In this document: piece after piece, positions 62,871 to 64,000 of the stretch | How positions within the stretch are numbered: the stretch's first letter is position 1 | How the letters are laid out: each line of letters begins with the position of its first letter | NCBI RefSeq assembly: GCF_036321535.1 | Contig: NC_087437.1 | Location: 117,244,001 to 117,308,000, forward strand | DNA: 64,000 bases | Source: Camelus dromedarius | Lineage: Eukaryota | Reading direction: 5' to 3' | The notes under the pieces: model-generated | What the model saw: the letters and a program-made list of their open reading frames with translations, nothing else | Told to the model about the DNA's origin: nothing | Databases searched by the model: none | Program-made: the position numbers and the translations under genes

Positions 62871-64000
62871 GAGTTATACTTCATGGCCCTTGGCTCCTTC
62901 ACACCCAGTGACGAGGGTCAAGAGCGACACCTGAGGGCTTGAAATGGGGCACTCCCGCCCCGGAAGGGGCGCATGTCTCTCCTGGTCCCTGCAATCCACC
63001 AGAATGGGTTTCAACAAGCCCAAGAGAGGGCCGCGAATGCTGTCTTCTCCCCAGGCCCCTCCTCCATCTGCGGGGGGCAGAGGGAGGGAACCGGATCATC
63101 TAATTCTTTCACCTCCAACACCCACAGACTCAGCACGCCCATGTGCCCGGTGACTCGTCTCCATGTGCCTTTTAGTCCATTTGTGTAGGTCACTGCCAGG
63201 CCCCCCAGAGTCCCAGGTCCTTCCTGCTCCCCTCACTCCGAGCACCCTGAGATGACAAGTAAGATTCTGGACCAAGACACAAACACAAACAACCAAAAAC
63301 ACTTCCAGGCTCAGGAGAATGAAGAGAAGCAAGTGATTTAGGGTTGACCCTTGAAGGATGAGAAGGGAAGGGGACAAGTCACCCATTTTCATGGGGTTCA
63401 GCCTGGCAGCGTGGAGAAGACAAAAACTCCAATAAAAATCCCTGTTCGTTCTTGCCTGAAGAATCAGAGCAGAGTTTGGTGAAGCCACAGGCACTGAAGA
63501 GCCAGGGGAAACCCTGGGAAGGAGAGAGTCAGAGCAGGCTGTCCCCAGTTCTGGGCCTGAGTGTCACCTTCCTGTCTGACCCTTGAACCAAGCAGAGATG
63601 GGACAGAGCCCAGCTAAGGAAAAAGGAAGTCAACTGAGAAATGAGTTCCTGCTGGAGAGACAGTTTGCAGTTTGAGTCTAGGGAAATTAACTGTTACTCA
63701 ATAAACAAACATCCACATCCTTCGAAAGACGTGGTCTCCAAAGCACCAGGCTCATCACGTTCAGGGTCTGATACACAATTCTTCGGCGTATTTTTATTTC
63801 CCAGCCTCTGTTCTCACACATTCCTCCTCATAACAGCTGAGTTTTTCAGAGTGTAGTTTAAAATTTGTGATTTCTCAATTTTGACAACTTACCCTTTATA
63901 GAAGTGGTTCTTATCATTTGCAGCATGTTAAATTCACTGGGATTCTGATTCAGTTGATCTTGGAGGCAGCCCTGGCATCTCAGAGTATTAGCAGCGGCCC

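Noticed and set aside
42600..64000. B3GALT5 or B3GALT5-AS1 exons expected by synteny
   Set aside because: No galactosyltransferase-like ORF is present, and non-coding exons cannot be supported from sequence alone. The mildly CpG-rich patch at ~56.4-57.2 kb is insufficient evidence of a promoter.

Overview
This is mammalian genomic DNA, most likely from a camelid (seven copies of a tRNA-Ala-derived SINE of the camelid Vic-1 type, plus young cetartiodactyl-type L1s). Bases 1-25.6 kb hold the 3' half of SH3BGR on the + strand. There are five phase-0 coding exons (341-421, 11784-11858, 12469-12561, 20214-20243, 22285/22291-22401), a probable 3'UTR intron starting 33 nt after the stop, and a non-coding last exon (25196-~25625) with AATAAA. 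The rest is repeat-rich intergenic DNA. By human synteny B3GALT5 should lie further downstream, but I could not identify any of its exons here. The most striking structure is a nested repeat stack at 30.9-42.5 kb. An old L1M fragment hosts a MER21-like LTR, itself carrying two solo LTRs, and a young antisense L1 lacking ORF1. A second L1 lacking ORF2 has inserted into that L1's 5'UTR. Other notable items are a 247-bp unidentified TSD-flanked insert, three RFX X-box motifs, a 120-bp dispersed duplication and an 88-bp alternating purine-pyrimidine tract. I see no convincing new biological system. Repeat family names and orthologue comparisons come from memory, not database searches, and old-repeat boundaries are approximate.
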